From Sphaerodactylus townsendi (Eukaryota): 64,000 nucleotides of DNA. This document shows, in pieces, positions 1 to 13,011 of the stretch. Position 1 is the stretch's first letter, and the number at the start of each line of letters is the position of its first letter. Under the pieces are notes generated by a model. It was not told where the DNA came from, did not search any database, and saw nothing but the letters and a program-made list of their open reading frames with translations. Made by a program: the position numbers and the translations under genes. The stretch covers positions 95,108,001 to 95,172,000 of the forward strand of contig NC_059430.1 of assembly GCF_021028975.2 (NCBI RefSeq). Reading direction: 5' to 3'.

Positions 1-346
1 GTTTGGTTCAGGGGATCCAAAGTTATGGACCCTCAAAGGTGTAGCCCCCATCTCCTATTAGCTCCCATTGGAAATAATGGGGGCACCCTTTTGGGAGTTC
101 ATACCTTTGGACTCCCTGAACCAAACCTCACATAACTTGGCTGGTATCATCAGGAGAGTCTCCTGAAAAATCCCTAAAATTTTGGTGCTGCTAGCCTAAA
201 AAATGCGCCCCCTGCAGACCGAAAACTGAAAAAAATGCTAAAAATCACAAAAAACACACAAATGAACCTGAAATTTTTGTGCCCTCCACTAGGGGGACGC
301 CCGGGGACATAGGGTACCCCATGTCCCCTAGGTAAATACACCACTG
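1..346. mobile_element. Partial hAT element (cut by the window edge) sharing a terminus with 48691-49034
   Basis: Reverse complement of 300-346 (CAGTGGTGTATTTACCTAGGGGACATGGGGTACCC...) matches the 48691 terminus. Confidence 0.75.
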
Positions 347-431
347 TAGCCTTGCCAGATCTAGCTTTTTTACAGCTGGCTCCCTCCCAAAGCTCCACCT
401 AACTGGAAGTACAGCTTCAGGGGCACAACCA

Positions 432-492
432 GCAGTATAAAGATGGTTCAAAGCCTGCAGTATAAAGATTGTTGAAAGCCTGCAGTTTAAAG
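432..492. repeat. 25-bp tandem repeat, ~2.4 copies
   Basis: CAGTATAAAGATGGTTCAAAGCCTG / CAGTATAAAGATTGTTGAAAGCCTG / CAGTTTAAAG. Confidence 0.75.
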
Positions 493-1418
493 CTGGAACT
501 GGCCAAGCCAAGGCCAGCATTGAACAGCACACCCTGCTCAGCAGGCTCCTTGGGGAGCTACTGTAGAACAGCAAGAGTCACTTATAGCCCCAAATCCACA
601 GTTTGCCAATCCCACACTGATTTTGCAGGCCAAAATTGTCCCTCTGTTGGCACAGGGAATGCCCTGATGCAATCTGGAGTTTTGCACCATCCCCGGTGCT
701 GCAGTGTGGCTGCCATGTTTCTGCCCTGGAGCCGCCCTGCAAAACTGACTTTGCTCTGCGAATTTCCTGAAGGCAAAAGTTGAGTCCTTTAGGAATGCCC
801 CTTTGTTGCTTCGGAGGCTTTCACCGGCATGCAAAACTCTTCTGTTGCAGAAATGGGGCCAGTTTTCCCACCTCGTTGCTCTGGTCCGCCCCACCAATGG
901 ACAGGCACTGAGAAGCAGCACCCCCCCTTGCAGTGAAAAAAAACGGAGGGAAAAACCTTTGTATTTATAAAGGAGGGAGAAACCTTGGGCAAAATAGGAG
1001 GACGGAAGCACACGCAAGGATTTTAGATGGGGGCGGGAGGGGGCCAGCCTGTTTTGTGTTCAGAGTCATGTAAAACTAAAATAGTGAAAGTGAGTGTGGG
1101 GGAATGGGGCAAGATTCAGCCAATCCGAACACAGGAAATGGGGGCTGCCCGTGCAGGCATGAAAGAGAGTACGGAAGAGCTCGCGGTGCTTAAGCGGTGC
1201 TTATGGGAAAGCGGTGCTTGTGGGGAACCATTCGGGGCTTCCCTCACTGGCCCTCACTTGAGCGAAGGACAGAGCCGGGCAGCAGCGGAGAACTACAAGC
1301 AGGGTGAGAACTCCCGCAGCAGGCAGGCTCCCTGGCTAGGCCACGGAGCATTTAGAAAGTGCAAAATCAGCCCCAGTTCTAGCAGCAGCCTAATCAGGAG
1401 AACAGGGTGCCCATATTG

Positions 1419-1566
1419 CAGGGGTCTGCAACCTGTGGCTCTCCAGATGTTCATGGACTACAATTCCCATAACCCCCTGCCAGCACAGCCAATTGGCCAT
1501 ACTGGCGGGGGCTGATGGGATTTGTAGTCCATGAACATCTGGAGAGCCGCAGGTTGCAGATCCCTG
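1419..1566. mobile_element. Fully palindromic hAT MITE (148 bp)
   Basis: Whole element folds back on central GCCAATTGGC. Perfect 8-bp TSD CCATATTG. Confidence 0.93.
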
Positions 1567-2012
1567 CCATATTGCTTCTGCTGGGCAATTCAGCCTCCCC
1601 CCACCTGCTAGCAGCAGTCTAATCGAGGGAACAGGAACAGGCACTGTAGAATGAACCATCTCTTACAAGAAATTGAGCCTCCTCCACTTCCTGCCACCAA
1701 CCCCTCTCTACCCGCTGCCAAGGCCATCAGTCCTCTTCACCCTCCAGATCGGCCTCTGCCCTTCAGTCTTCTTTTTTCTAACCTCCCCCCCACCTCAATT
1801 CTTTAGCCTCTCTTCCCCGGGTAGAGGTTCTGTCATCATTTTGCTGTGCTGTATTTTTTTCCAGTTGTATGATATCCTTTTTGAAAGGGAGGGGGGAGCA
1901 AGCACCAGAACTGTGCAGTATTCCAAAGGTGCAGCCATTTACCACCCCCACCCCCATTCTGCATATGCTAAATTTCTGCAGCAATAAACTTGGGACTATA
2001 TCTGTATAGCCA

Positions 2013-2245
2013 TTGCCAGCATAACGCAGTGGTCAGAGGGCCAGATTAGGAAGTGGGAGATGCAGGTTCAAATCTCTACCCTGCCATGAAAGCTTGCTGG
2101 GCGGCCTTGGAACAGTTATATACTCTCAGCCTCATCTACTTCACAGAGCTATTGTGAGGATAAAAGCAGAGGCGGGGAAAACAACACATCCCTTCTTGAA
2201 CTCCATAAAGGAAGGGTAGGATAAAAACATAGTAAATAAATAAGA
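2013..2245 (+). mobile_element. Older tRNA-SINE copy; further diverged copies at ~14250-14450(+), 18660-18860(-), 26380-26875(-), 32760-32965(-), 33380-33590(+), 43265-43390(-), 44470-44680(-), 61030-61245(-), 63416-63520(+)
   Basis: Shared motifs GGTTCAAATC, CCTTGG, CTCACAG..TTGTGAGGATAAAA. Boundaries approximate. Confidence 0.7.
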
Positions 2246-3068
2246 TAATAGTCATTTTGGCATAAGCGATGCAATCTTAGATAGGTGTATCTTTGTTTAG
2301 GACTCCAGTGAAGGATGCCAACTGTTAGTAGGAGGGGGCAGTGACTGGCTTCTGTTTATTTAACAAAGGTCTGAAACACAGAAATGAGCAGGCAGAACAT
2401 TTCACGGCAGAGCAGCTAACTTGGGATCACCAGCTAATTGCTGCAACTTAAAACTAATATCAAAGGGATTGTACATTTTGTGTGAATGAAGGATATTCTT
2501 TTGCCCAACCTGGATTTCACACTGGCAAAGCCTCTGGCACCAAAAGCAGGAAATCAAAATGGTGCCACTTCGTGTTAAAATAAACAAAAGATTCTGGCGT
2601 TAGTTATTTGACAAGCAGCGTAAATGAAGTGTGAATGCCAGAACATGACAATCGCCCTGTAATGATAGCAAAAATGAACCACCTCATAAATTGTGATCTA
2701 GGGAAATATGTTCATTCAAATGTCTAATGACAGAGGGAAAAGCTGTCACACTCCCTTCTGTTTGCCACACAATCTCAGTTTAGATGATGCTTCCCAGAAA
2801 TCCAAAGAGATGTCAACAAATACTGACGGATGCTTCCTTGGAAAGCTTCAGGGCCACCCCATCTGCCTTACAACACTGTATATAAAGTGCTATTGAGTCC
2901 CAGCTGACTTATGGCAACCCAGTAGGGTTTGAGATTAACAGAGGTGGTTTGCCCTTGCCTCCTTCTTCAGAGCAACCCTGGTATCCCATCCAAGTACTAA
3001 CCAGGGCTGACCCTGTTTAGCCTCACAACACTACAGAGCTGGAAAGCATGAAGCAATACACACGTATC

Positions 3069-3458
3069 CAGAGGTGGGATCCAGCAGGTTCTCACAGGTT
3101 CCCGAGAGTAGGTTACTAATTATTTGTGTGTGCCGAGAGGGGGTTACTAATTGGTGATTTTGCCACGTGATTTTTGCCTTAGTTACGCCCCTCCTCTCAG
3201 CAGTAGCGTGCAGAACTGGAAGCAGTCTAGCAGGAGGTGCACCGGCGTGCGTGAAAGCCTGTGCCTGCGTGCATTCGTTTTCCGCCCAAGGACCGGCGCA
3301 GCGGCTGTGTCCTTGCCACAGGCCCCCCAGGAATGCCCCACCCCAGGAATGCCCGGCCACACCCCCATCATGCCCCGCCCAGCCCTTTGGTGCTACGCCA
3401 CAGTTTGAATCCCACCACCATGGGAACCTGTTACTAAAATTGTTGAATCCCACCACTG
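3069..3458. mobile_element. Non-autonomous hAT element
   Basis: TIRs CAGAGGTGGGATCCA / TGAATCCCACCACTG. Decayed 8-bp TSD CACGTATC/CGTGTACC. Confidence 0.85.
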
Positions 3459-4549
3459 CGTGTACCCCCAAACAGATTTGTTGACAGTTTGGCCTCGCTC
3501 CCTAAAATCAAGCCACACAATTCAGGAAGCAGTGGACGCCCGCTCATAATGAGCTAGTAGTGTCCCCACCAAGAATATAGTTTAAATATCTCCAAGAAAC
3601 AAGCCAGGCCCCATGCTTCTCCTCTCTGTCTCATAGCTCCAAGAAACCACAGAGGTTCTTGCTTCCAAATAACCTTAGATGTGCTTCCCTTGTACCTTCA
3701 TCCAAGAAAGAGGTTTTTAAAATTAACACCCCAAGACTCTGCATAGACGTAGGAATCTGCTTTATCAGGGACTGTTTTGAGTACTCCGCCTGGCCACAGC
3801 TCTCCAGAATCTCAGGCAGAGATATATTCACATCAGCTCCTTTTAAGGGGCAATACCGTCGATTGAATTGGGACCTCCCAAATCAAGCAAAGCAAGTGTA
3901 CTGCCACTGAGCCACAAATCCTCCCATAATCGCTTGCAAGGCTGGTAACATATCCTGGCACCACACTGCAAATTATTCTCCTTCGTACAGACTGTGTTAT
4001 TGTGCTTTCAACTGCAGTTAAACACACACTAGGAGGCCCTCAAGCAGAGAGTCCAGGACTGCTGCCCCCAGAGGCACAAACAGTTGGCCACAGACGGCTT
4101 CGTTCAGTGGGGCTTTTCTTGACAGGTAAATAAAGCAGAAAGGCCACGTTTACCCCTTTTTATCGCTTGCCCGTCAAAGGCACAGGGCAGCGTGCCTCAG
4201 GAGCGCAGCATTTCAGAGATTTCCCAGAAAACTTTCAGCCAACCCTGAAACTAAGGAGGAAGCAACACTGCCGGAGAGGCTCCCTCTGAACATGTGCAAA
4301 GCATCCGTAGCTATCACCCCTCTCCTCTTGTGGGATGGCGGGCTTGCAGACCATTTACTCCTCTGAGTCATTAACCGACTAATTTGGGCAAGGGCACGAC
4401 AAGTTGGGCCACCATTAGCAATGGTTGCTCGAGTTACAACTTCTAGCAGCAGTCAGGGAGGCAGGTGAGACCTACCTCAAACCCAGGGAAGTCTGTTTTA
4501 CTTGCAGCAAGGTCCTTTGAGTCCTCCTAGGGGGCTTTCTCCTGTGCAA

Positions 4550-5300
4550 CCGGTGTGTGGGAGGAGGCATCCACGCATAGCTGCCCTTACATTCCCACGA
4601 GGGACATTTACTCCCCGGCGAGCGACGGGAGAGACCGCCGGCAAGCCAGGGAATCCCCGCCGTTTACTCAGAAATCAACTCCACCGAGTTCCACGGAGCT
4701 TACTCCCAACCAAAAAACAGATGCCGCCAACTAGGGCAGTCCAGTCTCGCCCGTTTTCTTGAGAAGTCAAGTCATTCCCTTATCCAGGAGAAAGTCCCGC
4801 TGCGCGCTGAGGGAGAAGCTCGGGTCGGGCTGCGATCCCCCGCAGGCTGCCTTGGGAGTCAAGTGCCCAAGGAAACCGGCGGGGCTTCTCCAAGTAGCCT
4901 CGGGCTGCTCAGCTTCCCCGGGCTGCCGCCAGCAGGACTCTCCCTCCCGCTCCGTTCAAGACACCCACCTGCTGCTGGGGAGGGCGCGGGGGGCCGGCCG
5001 GCCGGCACGGGCTCTCAGATGGGCCGAGGGTTGCTCCGGGAGCGCTCCTGCATCACGCCCTCCCCGCCTCCGCTTCCTTCTTCGCCCAGGACTGGCCCCG
5101 CCGCGCGTTTGCGCAGCCTGCCACTCCCTCGGCCTCTCTGGCGCAGGTGATCCAGGCGGCACGGGGGCTGGCCTGGGCTGGGCAGGTGGCAGCCTTGGTT
5201 CTCCCTCGGTTCCCCTTCCCGGTCCTGACCGTGGGCGCAGAGATAGATTGAGCTCAGCCGTCTCCTAAAGGGAGGGCGAAAACTTTCCAGGGTGGCGTTT
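4550..5300 (-). promoter_or_regulatory. CpG island; probable promoter/non-coding first exon of the next gene (NCMAP by NIPAL3-RCAN3-NCMAP synteny)
   Basis: Very GC/CpG-rich non-repeat sequence. Donor CAG|GTGGGT at 4969/4968 on the minus strand. Gene identity is inferred only; no NCMAP coding exon was found in the window. Confidence 0.55.
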
Positions 5301-7282
5301 TGCCCAGTCTGGTTTTGGTTCCCTGAGTTGAAGTCAAGAGTTCCCTTGAGCACACGTCGAGTGTATCGCTTCAAACCATTCAGTGTGGGGCTGTGCAAGT
5401 CATCGGTGGTCCCATGTCACACAAGGGGAGGGTGCGCAACTGCGCTTGGATTCGGATGTGTGTGTGATGTCTCCTTCTTTGGAGGTTTTTTTAACAGAGG
5501 CAGGATGATCATATGTCAGGGATGCTTTGTGTGTTCCTGCATGGCAGGGGCTGGACTTGATGGCCCTTGTGGTCTCTTCCATGATTCTATGTCCCTTTCC
5601 TAACTAGGTGGATTTTGAGGCGGTGTGGGCTGTGTTTGACTACATGGCCTTTGCCTTGGTTTTAAATATCCATGCAGTTTATTTTTGAAAACCACCTTGA
5701 GGGCAAGTTTCATGCCCAATCTACACAGAAATGTGTCCAAGGAAATAAATGTTAGCACAGCTTGGTACCTGTGGCTCAGTGATAAGAGTATTGCATGCAG
5801 AAGGACCCACACTGAATTCCGGAAATCCCCAATTAAGGGAACATGCAGCAGGCACTGTGAAATGCCCTTAAAAAAAACCTTGTCAGCATCCACCAGTCAG
5901 TGTAGGAGGAAATACTTACCTTGGTCCACAAAGGATCTAGGAGGCAGGGACTGTGGCTCAGTCATAGATTATGTGCTTTGCATATAGGAGGTTCTGTTAC
6001 TAGACTGACCCATGGTGGGCAGCGCAGTGCCATTTTCTACATTGGCTCAGTGTACCCACAAGGACAGAAAATCTTGTCTGGACTTGCCCTTGCCTGCATT
6101 TCCCTTGCAAAACAATTTGCCTCACCCCTTTGTAAAGAAAGTGACAATGACTTTCAGCCTGCAAGCCAGTTCCCACCTCCAGCCCTGGTCTGTCTCCCTG
6201 AGACAAAGAGCTTACTAATATGATTCCATCAAGGAGTTTCCTGCCAGCCATCCTCCAGCAATACTAATATTATTTCTGTTCTCTGACTAACTTCTTTCCA
6301 AGACCACTTCAATTAGCATCACCTTTGTCTTGATAGAAGCTGTGACTGAATCAGTTTCCTCCCATTCCCTGGCTTAGAACATAAAGCCATGTACCACAGC
6401 CAGAGGTTTAATTATCCAAATAATTAAGTGTAATGTTCCTCCTTGCCTTCCCCAGGAAGACAAGCCTTCCCCCACTTTGTCCAGAAAGATTAAACTCTCC
6501 TAGCATGGCTAGAGGGCCTGATCTTCTCTATGAAGTAGCCCCTCACCCAAAACTCAGTGCCCAGTACTTCTGAAAAAGCCTTTGACTCAATCGTACTGCA
6601 TGTCACCTGCTTCCTACCCTGCTTCCTTGAAACCCAGTATGAGTCAGTGCACTCTGCTTCATAGACCCAAAGGATCTGGTAAAGTATTACCCCTAAAAAT
6701 CACCGAAACCCTCCACCTATCTCCCAACCTATCAATTCAATGCTATCTATATCCCAGGCCTGTGTGTGCTTTGACCATTTGTGTGTTTGTATTTTTATTA
6801 TTTTGTTTTTCTCAACAAAACCTGCTAAACTTTTGCGAAGTTCTTCTGCGGATTTCTTGCAGAAACCCGTCTTCATAAAAGTTGGCAACTAAGATTTCAA
6901 GCTTGCCTAACCTCTTGTTAAGCCATGTCTGCCCTTTAGTAATTCCCCACTCTAAAAGGGGCAGACTCCAGCATTTTGGGTAACAGTTCCATGTTCAGTC
7001 CCCAGCATCTCCACTATAAAGTATCGAGCAGCAGATGATGCTGAAGAAATTCACCAGAGATGGTGGAGAGCTGCTGCCTGTCTGATTCATGACTTTGACA
7101 GACCAAGAGTTTGGCTCAGCAGAAAACAGTTTCATCTGATCCACTCACACAGCAAATAACATTTAAGGCCACATATGGATTATGAGAGAAAAAAAACCCT
7201 TCCCTGTAAAATGTGGGTCAGGAAACCACTGGTTTAAATCTCTTCTTAAACATTAGTTTATCTCCTTAAACATTAGTTTATT

Positions 7283-7591
7283 AGAGCCAGTGTGGTGTAG
7301 TGGTTAAGAGCAGTGGATTCTAATCTGGAGAACCAGGTTTGATTCCCCATTTGTCCACCTGAGAGGCGGAAGCTTATCTGGTGAACCAGATGTGTTTCCG
7401 CACTCTTACATTCCTGCTGGGTGACCTTGGGCTAGTCACAGTTCTTCAGAACTCTCTCAGCCCCACATATGTCAAAAGGTGTCTGTTGTGGGGAGAGGAA
7501 GGAAAAGGAGCTTGTAAGCCACCTTGAGTCTCTTTACAGGAGAGAAAGGTGGGGTATAAATCCAAACTACTACTACTACTCTTCTCCTTCT
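7283..7591 (+). mobile_element. Full-length tRNA-derived SINE (Squam3-like)
   Basis: A box TGGTGTAGTGG, B-box-like GGTTTGATTCCC, GGGTGACCTTGGGC core, simple-repeat tail. Confidence 0.88.
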
Positions 7592-8892
7592 CAAGGGAAT
7601 GCACTTGCACAGACCTGCCTTGGAGATAGATTGCAAAGCTCTCTAGCTTCAGAAGATTCAGAGTGCTCCCACTCCTCCAATTCAAACTGGCATTTTCCCG
7701 CCCAAACTGGCACATGATGGAGCAGAGGCTGGGAGAGCGTTCCTTTCTCCAGTCCTCCCTTTGCTGCCCTGGGGAAGGACACACACAGCAGAGGATCCCA
7801 CAGTGGGGAAAGGAGGGAAGGATGTGTGTCTGCACAGAAGACCACCCCATGAACCACAATTACAAATAAATGCAACCCCGTTTTCATGTCGTGGCTTCTG
7901 CATAGTCCCACACGGAAGAACAGCCAGCTCGCTTACTGAAGGTCGTGCAGGTGGAATCCTCAGTTAAAGAATGATTGCAGAACTGCTTTCCCCTCAGCTG
8001 CATCTCTTCTGGAGTCCACGTCAACAGCATAGTGCTTGATGACAGTCAGCTGAGAAGACCAAGTGGCCTGCCTTGCATACCCTGCGCAAGGGTATTAGAA
8101 GAGAAGAAACTGCTTGGTAAACAAAACAAACAGAATATTCATGTGTGTGTGGGGGGGGGATGTTTTCAACATATGGGAAGAACAGTTGCATCAGCAGAGA
8201 CTATCTCATCCTAGTGAAACAATGCTGAAGAAAGGCAGGGCCTCTTTGCACCTGTAGGGATAACCCAAAACAACAGGGACACTTGACAGTGCCAGTTCTA
8301 AGCAGAGTTAACCCAGCTGAGCCCACTGAAATCAGGGGCTTCGGGCTGGGGTAACTGTACTGTTAATGCTGCTCCTCTGTCTGTGTGGTTGGTACACTTT
8401 TGGTTTGGAAATGCTTTGGATCGTTTGCCAGTCAGTAGAGCACTAGTATGAATACGAATTTTAAATAAATAATTTCCAGGAAATAAATCAGCCGGCGCTG
8501 TTTGCATCCAGATGTATATCCCTACCCACCCCACAAATTTAGCACAACAGTAGAAGCAGAATCTGAACAGCCAAAGGATGGGATTTGACTGGGGGTGAGG
8601 TTCACAGCTACATGGCATTGGCTGTATTTTGTCCAATTAGGATATTTCTTTCAGCTCACACAAGGCACACAAATCAGACCTCCTGCAAGATATAAAATCC
8701 ACTTCCTCATTCCAGCTACGTCTTTGGAATCATTGGGTTACTGAGGCAAATGCTCTCGCTTTTCTGTTGTGCAACAAAATTGATGTGCCTGTTGTCATCC
8801 ATGTGTTAAAAACAGAGCAGGGAGTATGTATTAGCAGAGTTTCGGTACAGCCCAAGAGTCTACATCTGCATTGGAAAATAGGTGTGTGATTA

Positions 8893-9092
8893 AGGGAGGG
8901 GCCACAGCTATAAGTGGTAGAATACCTGCTGTGCACACAGAAGGTCACAAGTTCAATTCCCAGAATTTCTCCAGGTAGAATTCTACTCCAGATAGAAAGA
9001 GATGGGAAAGACCCCTCTGCCTGGGAACCTGAAGAGATGCAGAGTAGACAAGACCAGAGGTCTAACTCAGTAGACAGCAGCTTCATGTGTTC
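8893..9092 (+). mobile_element. Second tRNA-headed SINE family; related copies at ~3740-3915(-), 5765-5995(+), 6980-7135(+), 33105-33300(-), 45255-45432(-)
   Basis: Head GTGGTAGA..CTG..TGCA..CAGAAGGTC..AGTTCAATTCC and tail CAGCTTCATGTGTTC. Confidence 0.65.
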
Positions 9093-9161
9093 CACTCAGT
9101 GAACTCTTAACTGTGAGGGAAGCTGTCACTAAATTTAGGAATGCTCCTCTGAATACACGTA

Positions 9162-9522
9162 CAGTTAATCCCTTCCACATCGCAACTTCCCCCATCACAG
9201 TTCTGATATATCACAGATTGGCATAAAAAATTTAATGGGAGTTTTGCGGAAGCCACAGATGGCATGCAAAGGCCAACAGAAGACACAGAAAATGTTTAGA
9301 AACTCAGAAATACACAAAATATATGCATAATATTGTCTAATGTCAACATATTTTATCTTCTAACCCCTTAAATATACACAACATCTTTTTTAAAGTTAAA
9401 AAAAGAGAAAAAATGCAGACTTATTCTCTGGTATAAAGGGAGAGCCAAAATTTTTGTACATGGGTTTCCAGATTGCAGGGGGTGCCCCACCGCTAACCCT
9501 AGCATTGTGGAAGGGATAACAG
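9162..9522. mobile_element. Tc1/mariner (Tigger-like) MITE, diverged
   Basis: TA|CAGTTAATCCCTTCCACA at the left and TGTGGAAGGGATAACAG at the right. Confidence 0.6.
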
Positions 9523-12500
9523 TTCACAGGATCAGCTTGAAAACCTTTGCTGGATCCATTCAGCTGCCTGCAATCCTGCAAATGAGAATCCATCTTTCTT
9601 GGGTCCTTCTTTGTTACATCCCTTCCACCTTCTGACCTGGATATAAGGGCTGAGGGATCGTCATTTGTGTCTGACAAAGTACGCTTTGACTCTCAAAAGC
9701 TTCCACCTTGGAAAAAATTCCTAGTCTTAAAGGGGCTATTGGATTCACACTTGAAAGAAAACAGCTGAAGTGCATAATTTTAAGACCACGTGTGTGCAGA
9801 GCTTTGCGATCAGGGTGGCATGAGAAGATAGACAGGAAGCTTTGGGGACAGGGGTGAGCTCCTTAGCCAGGTTGCTGGTTGCCTACCCCTACTTGATAGC
9901 TTCCAGCTGTGCAGGATAACTTAAGTGGATTCCGCATGAGCCAAAAACAGTGCTGTGAACCCTTTTACACCGTTTTCACACTGGTGTTTTTGGCCCATGC
10001 AGAATCTCTTTAGTTATTTTTAGTTTAAGTCAGAGAAGGCTCAGAGGGTGATCTTAAACCGAGTTAGCACCCTTCTGAGCCCATTTAGTTCAGTAGCCAT
10101 AAAAGGAGGTACCGGTAACTGTTTAGGATTGGGCAGCAAATGAAAGAACAATTTTAGAAGAAAATGAGTTGCTATTAAAGTACTCAATTTTTCCTGTAGG
10201 TTTCTCAGTTGCTTCTTCAGAAATATGCTCAAAGCAACTAGTAGTATCATTGAACAGTGATTGTTGAAGCATTCTCTCTGCCTATCATTTATTTTGTAAT
10301 AAGAAAAACAACACTGTAAAATACTGTATGCAGTTGCTGGTAGAAGTGGGAAGCCAGATCAGCTGATTAAACGAAGAATAGGATTAGAGAAGAATCATTA
10401 ACTGAAGGGTTTTGAGAGGCAGTGTGCCTGCGGGATTATACCTCAAACAGAATATGTGTGCTTTGGTTTAATATTTGCATCCTGCAAGGACAACACCACA
10501 GTCTGAAACACAAATGTTTGCAAAAGCAAACCACACACTTAGCTGTGGCACATGCACATTTGTCATCACACTCATTTATGGGTGGAATTGACTAAAACAG
10601 GAAGATGACAATTTTTACCCAGAAGGAAGATGACTATGAAGGCAAGACAACCCTTCTATAAAAGGTTGTTGGGTGGGGTGGGGGCTGTAATTTGTATGCC
10701 GAATGAGACAGCCCCCTTTTGTCCGTGATAGCATGTATGGGGGGAGGGGGGAATGACCCTAGTCTCCCTTTCAGATAAACAAGATACTTAAAAAAGCAAA
10801 ATGCTTCTGCAAACTAGAGGCAAACTAGCAATAAAGTGGGAATGATGAGTTAGTGCACATTAGGACAGTGAGTCAAGGGCTGTTGTTTCCTTCCCTACAA
10901 TATCTGAGTGTTACATTTTTCTTCCTTACAGGAAGTTACCATAGAAAACATTTTCAAATAGGGTTTTGTGTGCAGCAACTTGCCCAAATGAATTTTAAGG
11001 GGGGGCTCACAACAACTGCCCACCACAAATCACAACCAGTCTTGTTCTAAAGCACACCAGCTTCCTGTGCCTCTGATTTTATTTTATAAGACAAATAGAA
11101 CTTAAAATAGAAAAATTGTGATGGGGTTTTTTTTTGGGGGGGGGGTTGTGGAAATAAACAATAGTGCATCTGCCTTGAGAAAATTATTGTGATTTTAACA
11201 AAAATGTCGCAAAATATGTTCAGCATAATGGAATTTAATGCGATGGTAATAAATAATCCTGCATCTGTTTTAATGTTGGTTTAAAAATGACAGGAAAATA
11301 ATAGAGTACACCTTTCCATTTAATTTGTACAAACAATTTTTAAAAATTATTTCATATGATTACCTAGCCCACTCATTCTTAATTAAAATGGCACAGCAAT
11401 AACAAATTAAAACAGGAAAAATGCTCCTATTCAATAAGTGGAAACAGACATGCAGATTAATTCTGCATACATTTATGTATCCCCAGGCTGAAAGCCTCCC
11501 ACCTTCTCGAATTATCCAAATCCAACTCTCTGTCCTCATGTTCCCAAAAGATTTGTTGTAAGGAACGAAGAAAAAGCCAAGGAAGAGTGAATACAGGTCC
11601 TAATTAAGGAGAGTGAATACAGGTCATAATTTATCAAGCAGTAATCTACCACAGTTGGCAGGTGACCACCAGGTAAGCCAGCTTTATCTGCAAAGTGACA
11701 AGAACTCCTCTGCTTCTCCGGATTTCTGTTCAGGTAAAGAAAATGGGTAAAGATGCTTTTGGACATTAACTTTGCCACAATGCTTTCCCCTCCCAGCCTT
11801 CTTTTCCTTACTCTGCATGAACCAGAAGCCTCCAACTATATAAACCGCAAGATTTGCTTCATAAACAGGAGACAGCGCCATTCAACATACAAACCAAGCA
11901 GCAGCAGAACGCTGGAACTGAGACAAAAGTCCTCAGACTGAATACTTTATAGCCTGTAGATATTAGTTTATTATATTTATACCCTGCCTTTTCCTGGCCT
12001 AAGCCAGGTTCAGGGTAGCTTACGCAGTGCAGTGTAAGATATCAAAGCACATCACAGCATAAGGCTTTTTTCTTTTGCTACATATTGTTCATGTTGAAAA
12101 GCTTTTGGGCACTGAACTCTCCTGCCTTCCCCTCCTTTCCAAGCATTTCATACAACCCCCAGTGTCACTATACCCTGTTCCACATAAAGGTCTAAGTAAA
12201 ATTGTAACTTCATCTGCCATTTCCTCATGCCCCCCCCCCCCCAAATGCTCCACACCCCCATCTCCTTGTCTAATCCAGACCAGGCTGTGACAAGCCAGGT
12301 GTGTGGAGCAAGTGGGAGGGGCGGGGGAGGAGGAAATGGTGTGGCACAGGGTAAAATAAAGCCATTTTCCTATCAGTGCCAAAGATACCTGTATGTGGTG
12401 GGAGAGGGGAGAAGTATTAAACAGAGCCCACGTCACACTTAAGGGCTTACCTATGGAGCTATGCAAAAGCAAGCAGAAGAATGAGCACAAGCTCCATGGA

Positions 12501-13005
12501 TGTGGAGAAGGTCAGAACGCCTGTGTGTGGTTGTAACTGACATTTGTAGGGAGAAAAACACACCACAAGGATCCTGGGAAACTTACAATTGTTAATATAG
12601 GTTTTATTATTGTTATTGAGCATCTAGAAACAAGTCTATGTAGCCAACTTTATAACAGAAGTATAAAGTTTGAACATGCATTTCCTGCAGACCAGTGCAA
12701 CTCTTTGCTCCCACCCACCCTCATTCCCCAAATAATTCTCAATGCACATCAGGTTTGCTTGCTCCCTCACAGAAAACAGGTATGGAGCAATCTTTTGAAG
12801 CCAGAAATACTTCTGTGGTTCTGCATCCCAACAAAAACCCAGTCCTTTCCTGTCTTGGAGACAAAAAAATCTACATGGCACTAATGTGAAGCACAACCCG
12901 CTGGGGAGTTCTCTTGCAATTCTGAAACAGGAATTTGCAGGGAGGATTGCAAGGAACTGACACCACTACTGAGAAAGAAAACAAGGCACAGCAATGGGAA
13001 AGCTT

Positions 13006-13011
13006 TTTATT
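13006..13011 (-). terminator. Candidate RCAN3 polyadenylation signal
   Basis: AATAAA on the minus strand with downstream TGCTGTGCCTTGTTTTCTTT. Other candidate signals exist. Confidence 0.3.

Noticed and set aside
4502-5603. Cluster of overlapping Arg/Pro/Gly-rich ORFs
   Set aside because: Expected stop-codon depletion in a CpG island; no protein similarity recognised.
7283-7350. tRNA-like heads (also 8893, 42411, 53553, 63416)
   Set aside because: They continue into SINE bodies and lack a full cloverleaf; not tRNA genes.
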